Below are positions 9,748 to 18,992 of a DNA stretch of 51,925 nucleotides, one piece after another; the first letter of the stretch is position 1; each line of letters starts with the position of its first letter. The notes beneath the pieces are model-generated. The model was not told the DNA's origin, did not search any database, and worked only from the letters and a program-made list of their open reading frames with translations. The position numbers and the translations under genes are program-made. Source of the stretch: Bacilli bacterium (GTDB lineage: Bacteria > Bacillota_I > Bacilli_A > RF39 > UBA660); NCBI GenBank assembly GCA_028703035.1, contig JAQVNR010000001.1:1-51925 (forward strand), written 5' to 3'.

Positions 9748-9824
9748 GGCGGTGTAGCTCAGTTGGCTAGAGCATCCGGTTCATACCCGGGGGGTCGGGA
9801 GTTCAAATCTCTCCGCCGCTACCA
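9748..9824 (+). tRNA. tRNA-Met (anticodon CAT), elongator-like
   Basis: Cloverleaf GGCGGTG/TA/GCTC-AGTTGGCTA-GAGC/A/TCCGG-TTCATAC-CCGGG/GGGTC/GGGAG-TTCAAAT-CTCTC/CGCCGCT/ACCA; resembles the Bacillus elongator tRNA-Met as I recall it (Ile2-lysidine not excluded). Confidence 0.9.
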
Positions 9825-10182
9825 ATTTATAAATTACTTGTATAAAGCAATTTTTTTTATGTTAAGGGGCAACTTCTTACTAAAAATTGAGTTTTAGGTT
9901 CTTTTTTATATTATCATTATCAATTGATGATGAAATAACAAGAAAAGTAGCTGATTAATTTGTTATGGACAAAGATGATATTTTAAATCTTCCAATTATC
10001 AATGTTGTAAATAATTAACAATTCGCACCAGTTGAATTAAATTCGTTTTTAATCTATAATATAAGTAGAATATTTGAGTATTATACTCATTATTTAAAAG
10101 TAAGGAATTTTAGAAGCTTATCGTAAAAAGTGATGTTAGTATAGATATATGAACACGAAATTATTCATAAATATGGTAGAAT

Positions 10183-10200
10183 AATCTCTCCGCCATTACA
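10183..10200 (+). repeat. Direct repeat of the tRNA-Met 3' end (att-like scar)
   Basis: AATCTCTCCGCCATTACA versus tRNA 9806-9824 AATCTCTCCGCCGCTACCA; 12 nt identical, then a partial match. Confidence 0.55.
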
Positions 10201-10317
10201 AATTTTATAGTGACATGATTGGTGATAAATTAAGTAGTTTACAAAAATAAGTTAGATAATTGCTAAGAATGATTTAATATATAATGTATTTAGGAGAATT
10301 GGTTAGGAGAAAAAAAG

Positions 10318-11601
10318 ATGTATAGCGAAGTAGAAAAAAAATTTAAAGTAAACTATCCCAAAAAAACAAGAGCGACATACACTAGTTTATTAAATTATAC
10401 CTCTAATCTTAAAGCTCCAATACATAGATGGTATAAATATAAAGAAGGTTATTCAGAAGAATTAGTAACAATTCTTATTAATAAATATAATAAGAACTCA
10501 AAAGGTACAATACTTGATCCATTCTTAGGAAGTGGAACGACAATTTGTGCTGCAAATAAATTAGGATTAAATGCAATAGGATTTGAGGTGAATCCTTTCT
10601 CCTTTTTTCTGTCTTCAGTTAAAATGGCTAACTATTCCAAAAAAGATATTGATGAATTAAAAAAGTTATATCCGGCAATATTAAAAAAATCATTAGAAAC
10701 AAATGTAAAGTATAAGTTACCAGCTTTATCAATAAGCAACAAAGTCTTTGAAAATAAAATCGAAAAATACTTAATGAATATTAAAGAAAATATAAATTTA
10801 TTATCAATAAATGAAAATATTAAGAATTTATTAATGTTAGGCTGGTTATCAGTAATTGAAAAGTTTTCAAATTATAAAAAATCAGGTAATGGATTGAAAA
10901 AAAAGGTAAAAATAATTGATTATACAATTGATGATGTTTATCAATTCTTATGTGATGAATATGCCAATATAGTAGATGACTTATTAAATAATAAAATTAA
11001 ATTTAAAAACAAAATATATAGTACTTCATCAATATATGTAGATGGAATAATTAAGCCGAGTTCTATAAGTGGAATTATTTATTCACCTCCATATGCAAAT
11101 TGTTTTGACTATACAGAAATATATAAATTAGAGTTATGGTTTGGTGGATTTGTTAATGAATACAGTGATTTAAAGAATTTGAGGAAATTGTCTGTTCGCT
11201 CACATTTGAGTGCTGAGCTTGATAATGAAGATGAAGAACCATTAAAAAAATCTCCAATGTTATCGCAATTACTTGATAAGTTGGATTCAAAAAAACTTTG
11301 GGATAAACGAATTCCTGTTATGCTAAAAAATTATTATGAAGATATGTTTAAAACAATTGCTAATAGTTTTAAAATGTTAGAATCAGGTGGATTCTGTTGT
11401 ATTGTAGTTGGAAATTCTGCTTATGGTGGTGTAGTTTTTCCTACGGATTTATTGCTGGCAGATTATGCAAAATCAATTGGATTTAAAGTAGATTGTATTG
11501 ATGTATATAGATATATTATACCTAGTTCACAGCAATATGAATTGACTATTAAATATAAAAAATATTTAAGGGAGAGTGTGATATGTTTGATAAAGATATA
11601 A
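10318..11601 (+). CDS. DNA methyltransferase M1 (N4-C/N6-A amino-MTase, SPPY type)
   Basis: AdoMet motif LDPFLGSGTT near the N-terminus, catalytic SPPYANCFDY about 190 aa later; AGGAG RBS. Confidence 0.8.
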   Translation: MYSEVEKKFKVNYPKKTRATYTSLLNYTSNLKAPIHRWYKYKEGYSEELVTILINKYNKNSKGTILDPFLGSGTTICAANKLGLNAIGFEVNPFSFFLSSVKMANYSKKDIDELKKLYPAILKKSLETNVKYKLPALSISNKVFENKIEKYLMNIKENINLLSINENIKNLLMLGWLSVIEKFSNYKKSGNGLKKKVKIIDYTIDDVYQFLCDEYANIVDDLLNNKIKFKNKIYSTSSIYVDGIIKPSSISGIIYSPPYANCFDYTEIYKLELWFGGFVNEYSDLKNLRKLSVRSHLSAELDNEDEEPLKKSPMLSQLLDKLDSKKLWDKRIPVMLKNYYEDMFKTIANSFKMLESGGFCCIVVGNSAYGGVVFPTDLLLADYAKSIGFKVDCIDVYRYIIPSSQQYELTIKYKKYLRESVICLIKI

Positions 11602-12863
11602 TAAAAGTTAAAAATCTTCCAAAAGATATAATTTATGATGGTACATATTACATTGAACAGAGTTCAGTTAATTCATATACACATAATTATTTTAAATATC
11701 CGTGTAAATTTATTCCGGAGGTTCCTAGATGGGCAATCAATAAATATACAATTGATAAAGACACAAAAATTATTGACCCATTTGCTGGCAGTGGTACTAC
11801 ATTGTTAGAAGCAATGGTAATGGGATTTGACTCTTATGGAACTGAAATTGATGATATTGCTAGATTAATAATCAAAGCAAAGACAACTCGATTTAGCAAA
11901 TGTGATTTAAAGCAAGTTAGAGTTGAATATAAGAGAATTATTACTAATGTAAATTCAGACATAAATTATATAATACCAGCTATTGATAATATCAATCATT
12001 GGTTTTCTGAAGAAAATACAGTTACTCTTGCTAAATTATTATATCTAATAAGAGAAATATTGAATGATAGTATTCGTGATTTCTTTTTAGTGGTATTTGT
12101 ATCAATAATTAAAAATTGCTCAAATGCTGATAATAGTTCTCCTAAACCGTATGTTTCAAGAAAAATTATTAAAATACCAGTAGAACCTTTGCTTGAATTT
12201 AGTAAAGTATATGAGAAATATTATAAATCAACTGAAGAATTATCAACTGTAAAAAAAACAGGAACAGTTGAACTGCTAGAGGGGGATGCATTATCATTCA
12301 AATCTCAACATAATTTTGATTTAGCGATTACATCGCCACCATATATAAATGCTTTTGATTATGGTAGAACGATGAGATTGGAAAATCTTTGGTTAGGCAC
12401 ACTTACAGAAGACTCTCTTCGTAAAAAAAAGGCATTTTATGTTGGGACTGAGAAATTAAATTCAAATATTGAATCTAATGATATGTCGATTCTCAAAGAG
12501 AGCAAACATTTAAATGAAGTTTACCACTTAATTACAGAGATGGACAAAAAGAGAGGTCTTATTGTTAAAAGGTTTTTCAGTGATATGAAAAAAAATATAG
12601 TTCAAGTAAACAAAAAGTTAAATCTATCAGGAAAATATGTTATAGTAATTGGAAATAGTACTATAAGAAATATTGAGGTTAATAGTGCTAAAATTATTGA
12701 AGACATTGCACTAGCAAATGGATTTAAGTTACTAACTAAATTTAAGTATATAATTAAAAATTCTTATATAAATATTCCTAGAAATGGTAAGGGCGGTAAA
12801 ATTCAATTTGATAATGTTATTGTCTTAGAAAAGGGGAGTAATAATGGCGCAACAAAATCGTAG
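11583..12863 (+). CDS. DNA methyltransferase M2 (paralogous SPPY type)
   Basis: IDPFAGSGTT and TSPPYINAFDY; start overlaps the M1 stop by 19 nt; GGGAGAG RBS. Confidence 0.8.
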   Translation: MFDKDIIKVKNLPKDIIYDGTYYIEQSSVNSYTHNYFKYPCKFIPEVPRWAINKYTIDKDTKIIDPFAGSGTTLLEAMVMGFDSYGTEIDDIARLIIKAKTTRFSKCDLKQVRVEYKRIITNVNSDINYIIPAIDNINHWFSEENTVTLAKLLYLIREILNDSIRDFFLVVFVSIIKNCSNADNSSPKPYVSRKIIKIPVEPLLEFSKVYEKYYKSTEELSTVKKTGTVELLEGDALSFKSQHNFDLAITSPPYINAFDYGRTMRLENLWLGTLTEDSLRKKKAFYVGTEKLNSNIESNDMSILKESKHLNEVYHLITEMDKKRGLIVKRFFSDMKKNIVQVNKKLNLSGKYVIVIGNSTIRNIEVNSAKIIEDIALANGFKLLTKFKYIIKNSYINIPRNGKGGKIQFDNVIVLEKGSNNGATKS

Positions 12864-14592
12864 TAAAGAGGTCTGGTTGATTCCCAAAAGAGTAAGTTTA
12901 CATCAAACTATATGTTTGATAGACGGTATTATTGAAAGAAATTTCGATGGTTCTTCTTGGAATCCCGGAAAACAGAATAATTTGGGAGTGAATTTGAAAA
13001 ATTGGGGTGCTACTCGAGATGGGAAAAATATTTCGTCTCAAGCAATTAGAACGTTAACCGCTTCAATTCCTCAGTATCTTGGTTTTTTATACATTAATAC
13101 ACAAACAACTCCAAATACCATTAAAATAACTGAAGCTGGATATAAATTGTGGGAAAAGCACAAAGGACAGTTAGAAAAGATAACTAATTTAGTAGATGGT
13201 AAAGAAAAATTAATAAATGAGTCCGATATGGTACTTAGTCAAATGGAAAAATTGCAAATTACAAATCCAATCATATTAAAGGACTGTGAAAATATTTTAG
13301 TATTTCCGTTTAGAGCAACTTTAGCATTATTGTTAGAGTTAGATTATCTTGATATTGAAGAACTTGCTTTATTCGTATTTAGAATAAAAGATAATTCGGA
13401 AATTCCACTTGCAGTAAATGAAATTAAAAATTTTAGAAAGTTAGATAATATATCTCGTAAGGAACTAATTGAAAACTTTAAGAAAACTCATATTGGTAAT
13501 ATTACATTGGTTCAAGCTGGTTCTACAAAGTATTATCAATCTCTTTGTGTATTGACTGGAATTATTGAAAAAACAAATGTTAGTCCAACAAACCGTGACA
13601 TATCAATTAGTTCTATAAAACTGAAAAATGACTATAAAGCTCTAGCGGAGAATATCGTTATAAATAAATATAAAAATGCTGAGGCTTTTGATTTTGAGAA
13701 TAATCTTAATTTATGGATAGAATATATTGGTAATGTGGCTAGAACATCGCCTCCGGTAAATGTTACAATAATTAATAAGAATCCTAAATCTATTTTTATA
13801 AACTTATTTAAAAATGAAATTTTATATGATGGTGACATTATGGAAAAGGATGAGCAAAAAGTATATCCAATGTTTATTGATGAGGAGTATAAAGTTCAAA
13901 TCATTACAATTGAAGAAGGAAACGTAATGAGCGAACAAATTATAATCCCTAAATTTGATAAAAGAAAATTTGATATAATTGAAATTGATGTAAATATGTA
14001 TGAATCTGAAGAATCTTTTGAAGATATGAAAAATCAAATACTTTCTCATTCTTCGGCAACCCATTTTGCCCCTGAGATAAAAAACTACTTAACTGTGATT
14101 AACAAATTGACAGGAGTTAATAAGTTAGAGGATAAATCGTTAAGAGGAGCATACTATGAATATTTTTTCTTCAAACTTTTATGTATACTGATGAATGAAG
14201 GAAAAATTGATAATGTGGTATGGAATGGAAAAATTGGTAAATATGGATTACCAGTACCAGCACCGGGTGGTAAAATTGGAATTACTGATATTATATTTAC
14301 TATTGGTAATATCGACTTTGTATTGGAATTAACTACAATCAGAGCAAAATCAACGCAGTTTAGTGCTGAAGGGTCTTCAGTGCCTGACCACATAAAATTA
14401 CATAAAAAAAACACTACAAGAAATGTAATAGGCATCTTTGTAGCGCCAATTATTCATGATAGAAACACTTCCGCAATAAAAGCAGTATTAAGAGGAGCCG
14501 ATTTATCTGTAATTTGTGTTTCTGATACTGATTTTTTAGAAATACTATCATCAGATAATATTTCAGAATCTTTAATTAGTAGTATTAGTTAA
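12844..14592 (+). CDS. AlwI/BstNBI-family type IIS restriction (or nicking) endonuclease
   Basis: N-terminal IPQYLGFLYIN...IKITEAGYKLW and C-terminal DIIF...DFVLELTTIRAKSTQFSAEGSSVPDH parallel my recollection of N.BstNBI (YGFVFVD...LRITEAGKML; DMEIIYEDFIVLGEVTTSKGATQFKMESEPVTRH); overlaps M2 by 20 nt. Confidence 0.7.
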   Translation: MAQQNRSKEVWLIPKRVSLHQTICLIDGIIERNFDGSSWNPGKQNNLGVNLKNWGATRDGKNISSQAIRTLTASIPQYLGFLYINTQTTPNTIKITEAGYKLWEKHKGQLEKITNLVDGKEKLINESDMVLSQMEKLQITNPIILKDCENILVFPFRATLALLLELDYLDIEELALFVFRIKDNSEIPLAVNEIKNFRKLDNISRKELIENFKKTHIGNITLVQAGSTKYYQSLCVLTGIIEKTNVSPTNRDISISSIKLKNDYKALAENIVINKYKNAEAFDFENNLNLWIEYIGNVARTSPPVNVTIINKNPKSIFINLFKNEILYDGDIMEKDEQKVYPMFIDEEYKVQIITIEEGNVMSEQIIIPKFDKRKFDIIEIDVNMYESEESFEDMKNQILSHSSATHFAPEIKNYLTVINKLTGVNKLEDKSLRGAYYEYFFFKLLCILMNEGKIDNVVWNGKIGKYGLPVPAPGGKIGITDIIFTIGNIDFVLELTTIRAKSTQFSAEGSSVPDHIKLHKKNTTRNVIGIFVAPIIHDRNTSAIKAVLRGADLSVICVSDTDFLEILSSDNISESLISSIS

Positions 14593-14984
14593 GAAAATAT
14601 ATATAATGGTCAATTTTGGGTCAAACACTAAATAAAAAATTATAAAATATCATCATAAATTAGAAAACATTGAAAAGTTACAAATGTTGGATAAATTAAA
14701 AATGAACTATAAGAAAATAAATAAAAAAAACTTGACCTTGGAGCAAAGGAATTCTAAATATACAAATGTATATCTACTCTCATTTGAGAACCCAGCTTTT
14801 ATCCTCACAGGCAAGTCATCTACAATAATTAAGCAAAAAGCCACATTATTGACAACCTTGTTTATGTGAAAAATCGACAAATAATTAAAAGCCAAATTTT
14901 CAAAAATAAACAAATTGTTCGTTTTAATATTTGTAAATGAAATAAAGTGTTATTAAGGAAGCGAATTAAAATAAAAGAAAATAA

Positions 14985-15251
14985 ATTAGAAGTATATGGG
15001 ATGCAGATAAGGAGGAGTATTTTTTTTCGATCGTAGATGTTATTGAGGCTTTGACAGATAGCCCAAGACCAAGAACATATTGGAGTGTTTTAAAAAACAG
15101 ATTAAAAGAAGAAGGTAGTCAGTTGTCCTCAAATGTCGGACAATTAAAATCAATAGATGGCAATATTATAACCAAAAAGGTCTTAGATACAAAGGAGAAA
15201 TTTAGACTAATAGATTCTAGTCAGAAAGCTGAGCTTTTAAAAATGTGCTAA
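14985..15251 (+). pseudogene. 5'-truncated BRO-N/antirepressor-like gene fragment
   Basis: Open frame without a start: IRSIWDADKEEYFFSIVDVIEALTDSPRPRTYWSVLKNRLKEEGSQL..., resembling the N-terminal region of phage-associated BRO-N-like proteins. Confidence 0.45.
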
Positions 15252-15303
15252 AAGCCTCTTTTTCTTTTTAGCAATAAATAGTATAATGTTGTTGGTGATA
15301 TAA

Positions 15304-16017
15304 ATGAAAGTTCAAGTAATAGGTAATGGTAATATTACAAGTAATAATTTTAATGCTTCATTTTTGATTAATGATAAAATTTTAATTGATACTCCACCTG
15401 GGATGCTTAAAGAATTAAAAAAGCTAAATAAAAACTTAGATGAGATTAAAGTTATTGTTATAACTCATCTACATGGTGATCATTATTTTGATTTACCTTT
15501 TATAATTCTTAATGAATATGCTAGAAAACGAGAGGAAAAATTAATAATAATTGGTCCAAAAGATTTAAAGAAAAGTTTAGAAAAATTAACTAAACTAGCT
15601 TTTTATAATCGACTTAATAAATATATAGCAAATCTTGATATAACATTTCTTGATGCCCAAACAGTTCAAAATAATATGGTAGAGGATGATTTATATTTAA
15701 GTTCAATAAAGCTAGTTCATGGAGAAGTTAAATTTAATTATGGTTATATTTTTAAAACAAAAGATAAAGCTTTAGGTATCACGGGGGATACTGAAATGTG
15801 CCCAGGGCTTACATATATGTTAAAAAAAGTAAATTATATATTAATTAATGTTAATGATAAAAAAGGGGAACATTTAGATTTAAGTAGATTTAAAGAACTA
15901 GCTAAAACTTATCAAATAAATTATATCCCAGTTCATTTTCCTGATGAAATAGAAGCAGAACTTATTAAATTAAAAAATGTTAAAGTTATTAATCCTGGTG
16001 AACAATTCTTTATTTAG
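15304..16017 (+). CDS. MBL-fold metallo-hydrolase
   Basis: THLHGDHY (HxHxDH) motif and later GDT/H residues; 237 aa. Confidence 0.7.
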   Translation: MKVQVIGNGNITSNNFNASFLINDKILIDTPPGMLKELKKLNKNLDEIKVIVITHLHGDHYFDLPFIILNEYARKREEKLIIIGPKDLKKSLEKLTKLAFYNRLNKYIANLDITFLDAQTVQNNMVEDDLYLSSIKLVHGEVKFNYGYIFKTKDKALGITGDTEMCPGLTYMLKKVNYILINVNDKKGEHLDLSRFKELAKTYQINYIPVHFPDEIEAELIKLKNVKVINPGEQFFI

Positions 16018-16072
16018 AATTGTTTTTTTCTATTCTCTATGTTAGAATTAATATAGAATAGAGAGGTACTAG

Positions 16073-17323
16073 ATGAAATATTTAAAATATTTATTGTTAA
16101 TATCCATTTTATTTTTTCCAATTAAAGTTAAAGCTTTAATAAGCTTTGATTGTAGTGAATTAGTTAAACCAGGAAATGATATTATTTGTAATATTAAGTC
16201 AGATGATAATATTACATATTTTGAGGGGACGCTTAATGTTGATTCTAGAGGAGTATATTTTGGTTCTAATCCAGGAACTGGTTTTACGAGTGATTCAATT
16301 AAAACTGATTTAAAATTTAAATCCACAGGTGGCAAAGATGTAGCAACTTCTTTTATTCATGTTCCAAATACGATAAAAACCAATACTATTTTTAAACTGA
16401 ATTTATCAAACATTAAATATATATTAAAAGGTGCGGAAAAAACACAAAATACATTAAATGTAGAGGTAAGTATTGGTGATGCCACTACTAAACCAATAAC
16501 TACTACTAAACCAAATACGAATGATGGAACTAAGACTAGTGGAGAAAGTCTTCATCTTAAAACATTAAATATTGAAGGTCAAGATATAAGTTTTAGTAAA
16601 TTTAAATTTACTTATGATTTAACGGTTCTTTATGAAGTTGAAAATTTACTAATTACAGCCGAGGCTGCTTCAGAAGATATTTCTGTTGCTATTCCTGAAG
16701 AAACTACACTTGAAGTTGGAGAAAATGAAATAATTATTACATTAACAAACAATGAAGGAGAATCATCAGTTTATACAATTAAAGTTAAAAGGTTAAATGA
16801 AGGTGAAGTAATTCGTGAGTTATCAACAGATGCAACTTTAAAAAGTGTTTCTTTTGCGCCATATAAAGTTGATTTTTCACCAAATACTTTTAATTATAAA
16901 ATAGAAATTGATTCTAAGACTACAGAAATATCTGTTACTGCAGTTCCAAAAAGTGAATATGCTAGTTATGAGGTTATTGGTAATACTGACTTAAGTGATG
17001 GTAGTATTATTAAAATTGAAGTTACTGCCGAAGATGGCACGATTATAAATTATGATTTTCATATTTCGGTAAAACAAAATATATTTGAAGAATATAGATT
17101 ATATATTATAATTGCTGGAGCTTTAATTTTAGTTTTACTTATTATTGTTATTATAATTAAGTCAAACAATAAAAAGAAAAAGAACAAAGCTAAATCAAGC
17201 AAAACTCCAGCTAAAAAAGAACCTACTAAAACTCCAGGTGCAACTCCTAAAAAAATAGCACCATCAAAACCAGCTATGCCTAAAACCCCTCCTACTCCTG
17301 AGGTTGAAGTTTTAGATTTATAA
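16073..17323 (+). CDS. Surface protein with cadherin-like beta-sandwich repeats, C-terminal TM anchor and Lys/Pro-rich tail
   Basis: Signal peptide; two L..L.i.g..f.f.....Y...v repeats ending YTIKVKR; TM helix then KKKKNKAKSSKTPAKK tail. Confidence 0.65.
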   Translation: MKYLKYLLLISILFFPIKVKALISFDCSELVKPGNDIICNIKSDDNITYFEGTLNVDSRGVYFGSNPGTGFTSDSIKTDLKFKSTGGKDVATSFIHVPNTIKTNTIFKLNLSNIKYILKGAEKTQNTLNVEVSIGDATTKPITTTKPNTNDGTKTSGESLHLKTLNIEGQDISFSKFKFTYDLTVLYEVENLLITAEAASEDISVAIPEETTLEVGENEIIITLTNNEGESSVYTIKVKRLNEGEVIRELSTDATLKSVSFAPYKVDFSPNTFNYKIEIDSKTTEISVTAVPKSEYASYEVIGNTDLSDGSIIKIEVTAEDGTIINYDFHISVKQNIFEEYRLYIIIAGALILVLLIIVIIIKSNNKKKKNKAKSSKTPAKKEPTKTPGATPKKIAPSKPAMPKTPPTPEVEVLDL

Positions 17324-17334
17324 TCTTACCTTAA

Positions 17335-17362
17335 AAAGAGCATTTACCGATGTTCTTTTTTT
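17335..17362 (+). terminator. Rho-independent terminator
   Basis: AAAGAGCAT / ATGTTCTTT stem (one G-U pair), 6-nt loop, T-run. Confidence 0.65.
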
Positions 17363-17363
17363 G

Positions 17364-17381
17364 TGATATACTTAAAGTATG
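17364..17381 (+). promoter_or_regulatory. Extended -10 (TGaTATACT) 6 nt before the ATG; candidate leaderless promoter containing palindrome ATACTTAAAGTAT
   Basis: No SD upstream of 17379; -10 at 17367-17372; the same 19-mer recurs at 51007-51025. Confidence 0.4.
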
Positions 17382-18269
17382 AAAGATATTATATATGAAT
17401 TCTTAGATTATATTTCTTTAGAAAAAAAATATTCAAATCATACAGAAACCAACTATGAAATAGATTTAAATAAGTATGAAAAGTTTTTAAATGATATAAA
17501 AAAGGATTATAAAAAAGTTAAATATGAAGATATAAGTCAGTATATAATTATGCTTAAAAAAAGTGGATATAAACCAGCTAGTATTAATCGAAATTTAAGT
17601 ACTTTAAGAAGTTTTTATAACTATTTAGTATTAACTAAAATAATTTCTTATAATACTTTTGATTTAATAAAAGGCATGAAAGAAGAAAAAAGGTTACCTA
17701 ATTATTTTAAATATGATGAGTTTATTTTAATGCTTGATAGTTTAAAAGAAGATACACCGCTTAATATGCGCAATAGATTAATTTTAGAGCTTCTACTTGC
17801 AACGGGTATTAGAGTAAGTGAATTAGTAAATATTAAACTCTCAGATATTTCATTAAAAACAAAAGAGATTAAAATTTATGGTAAAGGTAAAAAAGAAAGA
17901 ATTGTTTTTTTTGGTAATTATTCTGCCGAAGTTTTAGATAAATATTTAAGTTTTGCTAGAGGTAAACTTTTAAAAAATAAAATATCCGATTATTTATTTA
18001 TTAATAATTTAGGTGGAAAGTTAACTGATCGGGGAGTAAGAGGAATAATTGATAAAATAATAAAGACTTCTGGAGTAAAATCTAAAGTTTCACCCCATAC
18101 TTTTAGACATACTTTTGCAACGATAATGTTAAAAGAAGGATGCAATATTAAAAGTGTTGGTGATCTTTTAGGTCACTCGAGTTTAAATACGACGAGCATC
18201 TATACTCACTTAACTAATGAAGAAGTTAGAAGAGTTTATTTAAATGCTCATCCGAGAGCTAAAAAATAG
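17379..18269 (+). CDS. Tyrosine recombinase, XerC/XerD family
   Basis: ATGIRVSEL (Arg), HTFRHTFAT (HxxR), LGHSSLNTTSIYTH (His...Tyr); SAM-like N-domain. Confidence 0.85.
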   Translation: MKDIIYEFLDYISLEKKYSNHTETNYEIDLNKYEKFLNDIKKDYKKVKYEDISQYIIMLKKSGYKPASINRNLSTLRSFYNYLVLTKIISYNTFDLIKGMKEEKRLPNYFKYDEFILMLDSLKEDTPLNMRNRLILELLLATGIRVSELVNIKLSDISLKTKEIKIYGKGKKERIVFFGNYSAEVLDKYLSFARGKLLKNKISDYLFINNLGGKLTDRGVRGIIDKIIKTSGVKSKVSPHTFRHTFATIMLKEGCNIKSVGDLLGHSSLNTTSIYTHLTNEEVRRVYLNAHPRAKK

Positions 18270-18336
18270 TTGTCAAGTTTATCTATATTTGACTAAATTA
18301 TAAAAGACTTGTGATATGATAGAGTAGTGAGGATAT

Positions 18337-18978
18337 ATGGATGATAATAAAAAATTAGGCTTAATTTTGGCGGGAATTGTTTTAATTATTTTAATAATTT
18401 TTGGTATTTATTTTACGACATATGTTTTTAAAATAAATCAAAGTGAGGAAATAACAACTACAACTAAAAAGCAAGAAGAAAGTAATAATGTTATGCCAAT
18501 TGAAGAGCCAAGTATTATTAATGAAAGTTTAAGTGATAATTTAATAATTGCATTTAATAATTCTTTTAATAATAATTATAATATTAAAAATCTAGATTTA
18601 TTTGAGTCTGAAGAAAGTAAATTTAAATATATTTATACTTATTTTAAATTAATAGATCCGGAATTAATTTTAACTTATGAAGATGTTAATAATTATAGTC
18701 AGCAAATATTTGAAACTAGTTTATATGCAGATAATTTCAGTAAATATTTAAAAGATAATTATTATGAATATGAAATTCAGTATCAAGATATTAAATATTG
18801 TTTATATGCAGTATTTATTAAAGATGATCGATTAATTCTTGATATGATAGAAACTGATTCTAGCTGCGCTGATAAAAGCATTGATTATAACTCTAATGAT
18901 GTTAAACATCAAATATCAGTTAAATATAAAATTATAGATAATAATTATATTTATAATTCATTTATAATAATAAAATAG
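18337..18978 (+). CDS. Membrane-anchored hypothetical protein
   Basis: N-terminal TM helix; GTGAGGA RBS; no motifs. Confidence 0.5.
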   Translation: MDDNKKLGLILAGIVLIILIIFGIYFTTYVFKINQSEEITTTTKKQEESNNVMPIEEPSIINESLSDNLIIAFNNSFNNNYNIKNLDLFESEESKFKYIYTYFKLIDPELILTYEDVNNYSQQIFETSLYADNFSKYLKDNYYEYEIQYQDIKYCLYAVFIKDDRLILDMIETDSSCADKSIDYNSNDVKHQISVKYKIIDNNYIYNSFIIIK

Positions 18979-18992
18979 GAGGAGAAAGATTC

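Noticed and set aside
9709-9897. 62-aa ORF from the track
   Set aside because: It is fully explained by the tRNA-Met gene it overlaps and has no RBS.
10331-12430. A8 homopolymer tracts inside both methyltransferase genes as slipped-strand phase-variation switches
   Set aside because: A7-A8 runs (Lys-Lys codons) are common throughout this AT-rich window, including in housekeeping genes, so there is no specific enrichment.
14684-14913. Overlapping 61-aa (+) and 68-aa (-) ORFs in the tract after the endonuclease gene
   Set aside because: They are mutually antisense and low-complexity, with no RBS. They are likely chance ORFs in decayed AT-rich DNA.
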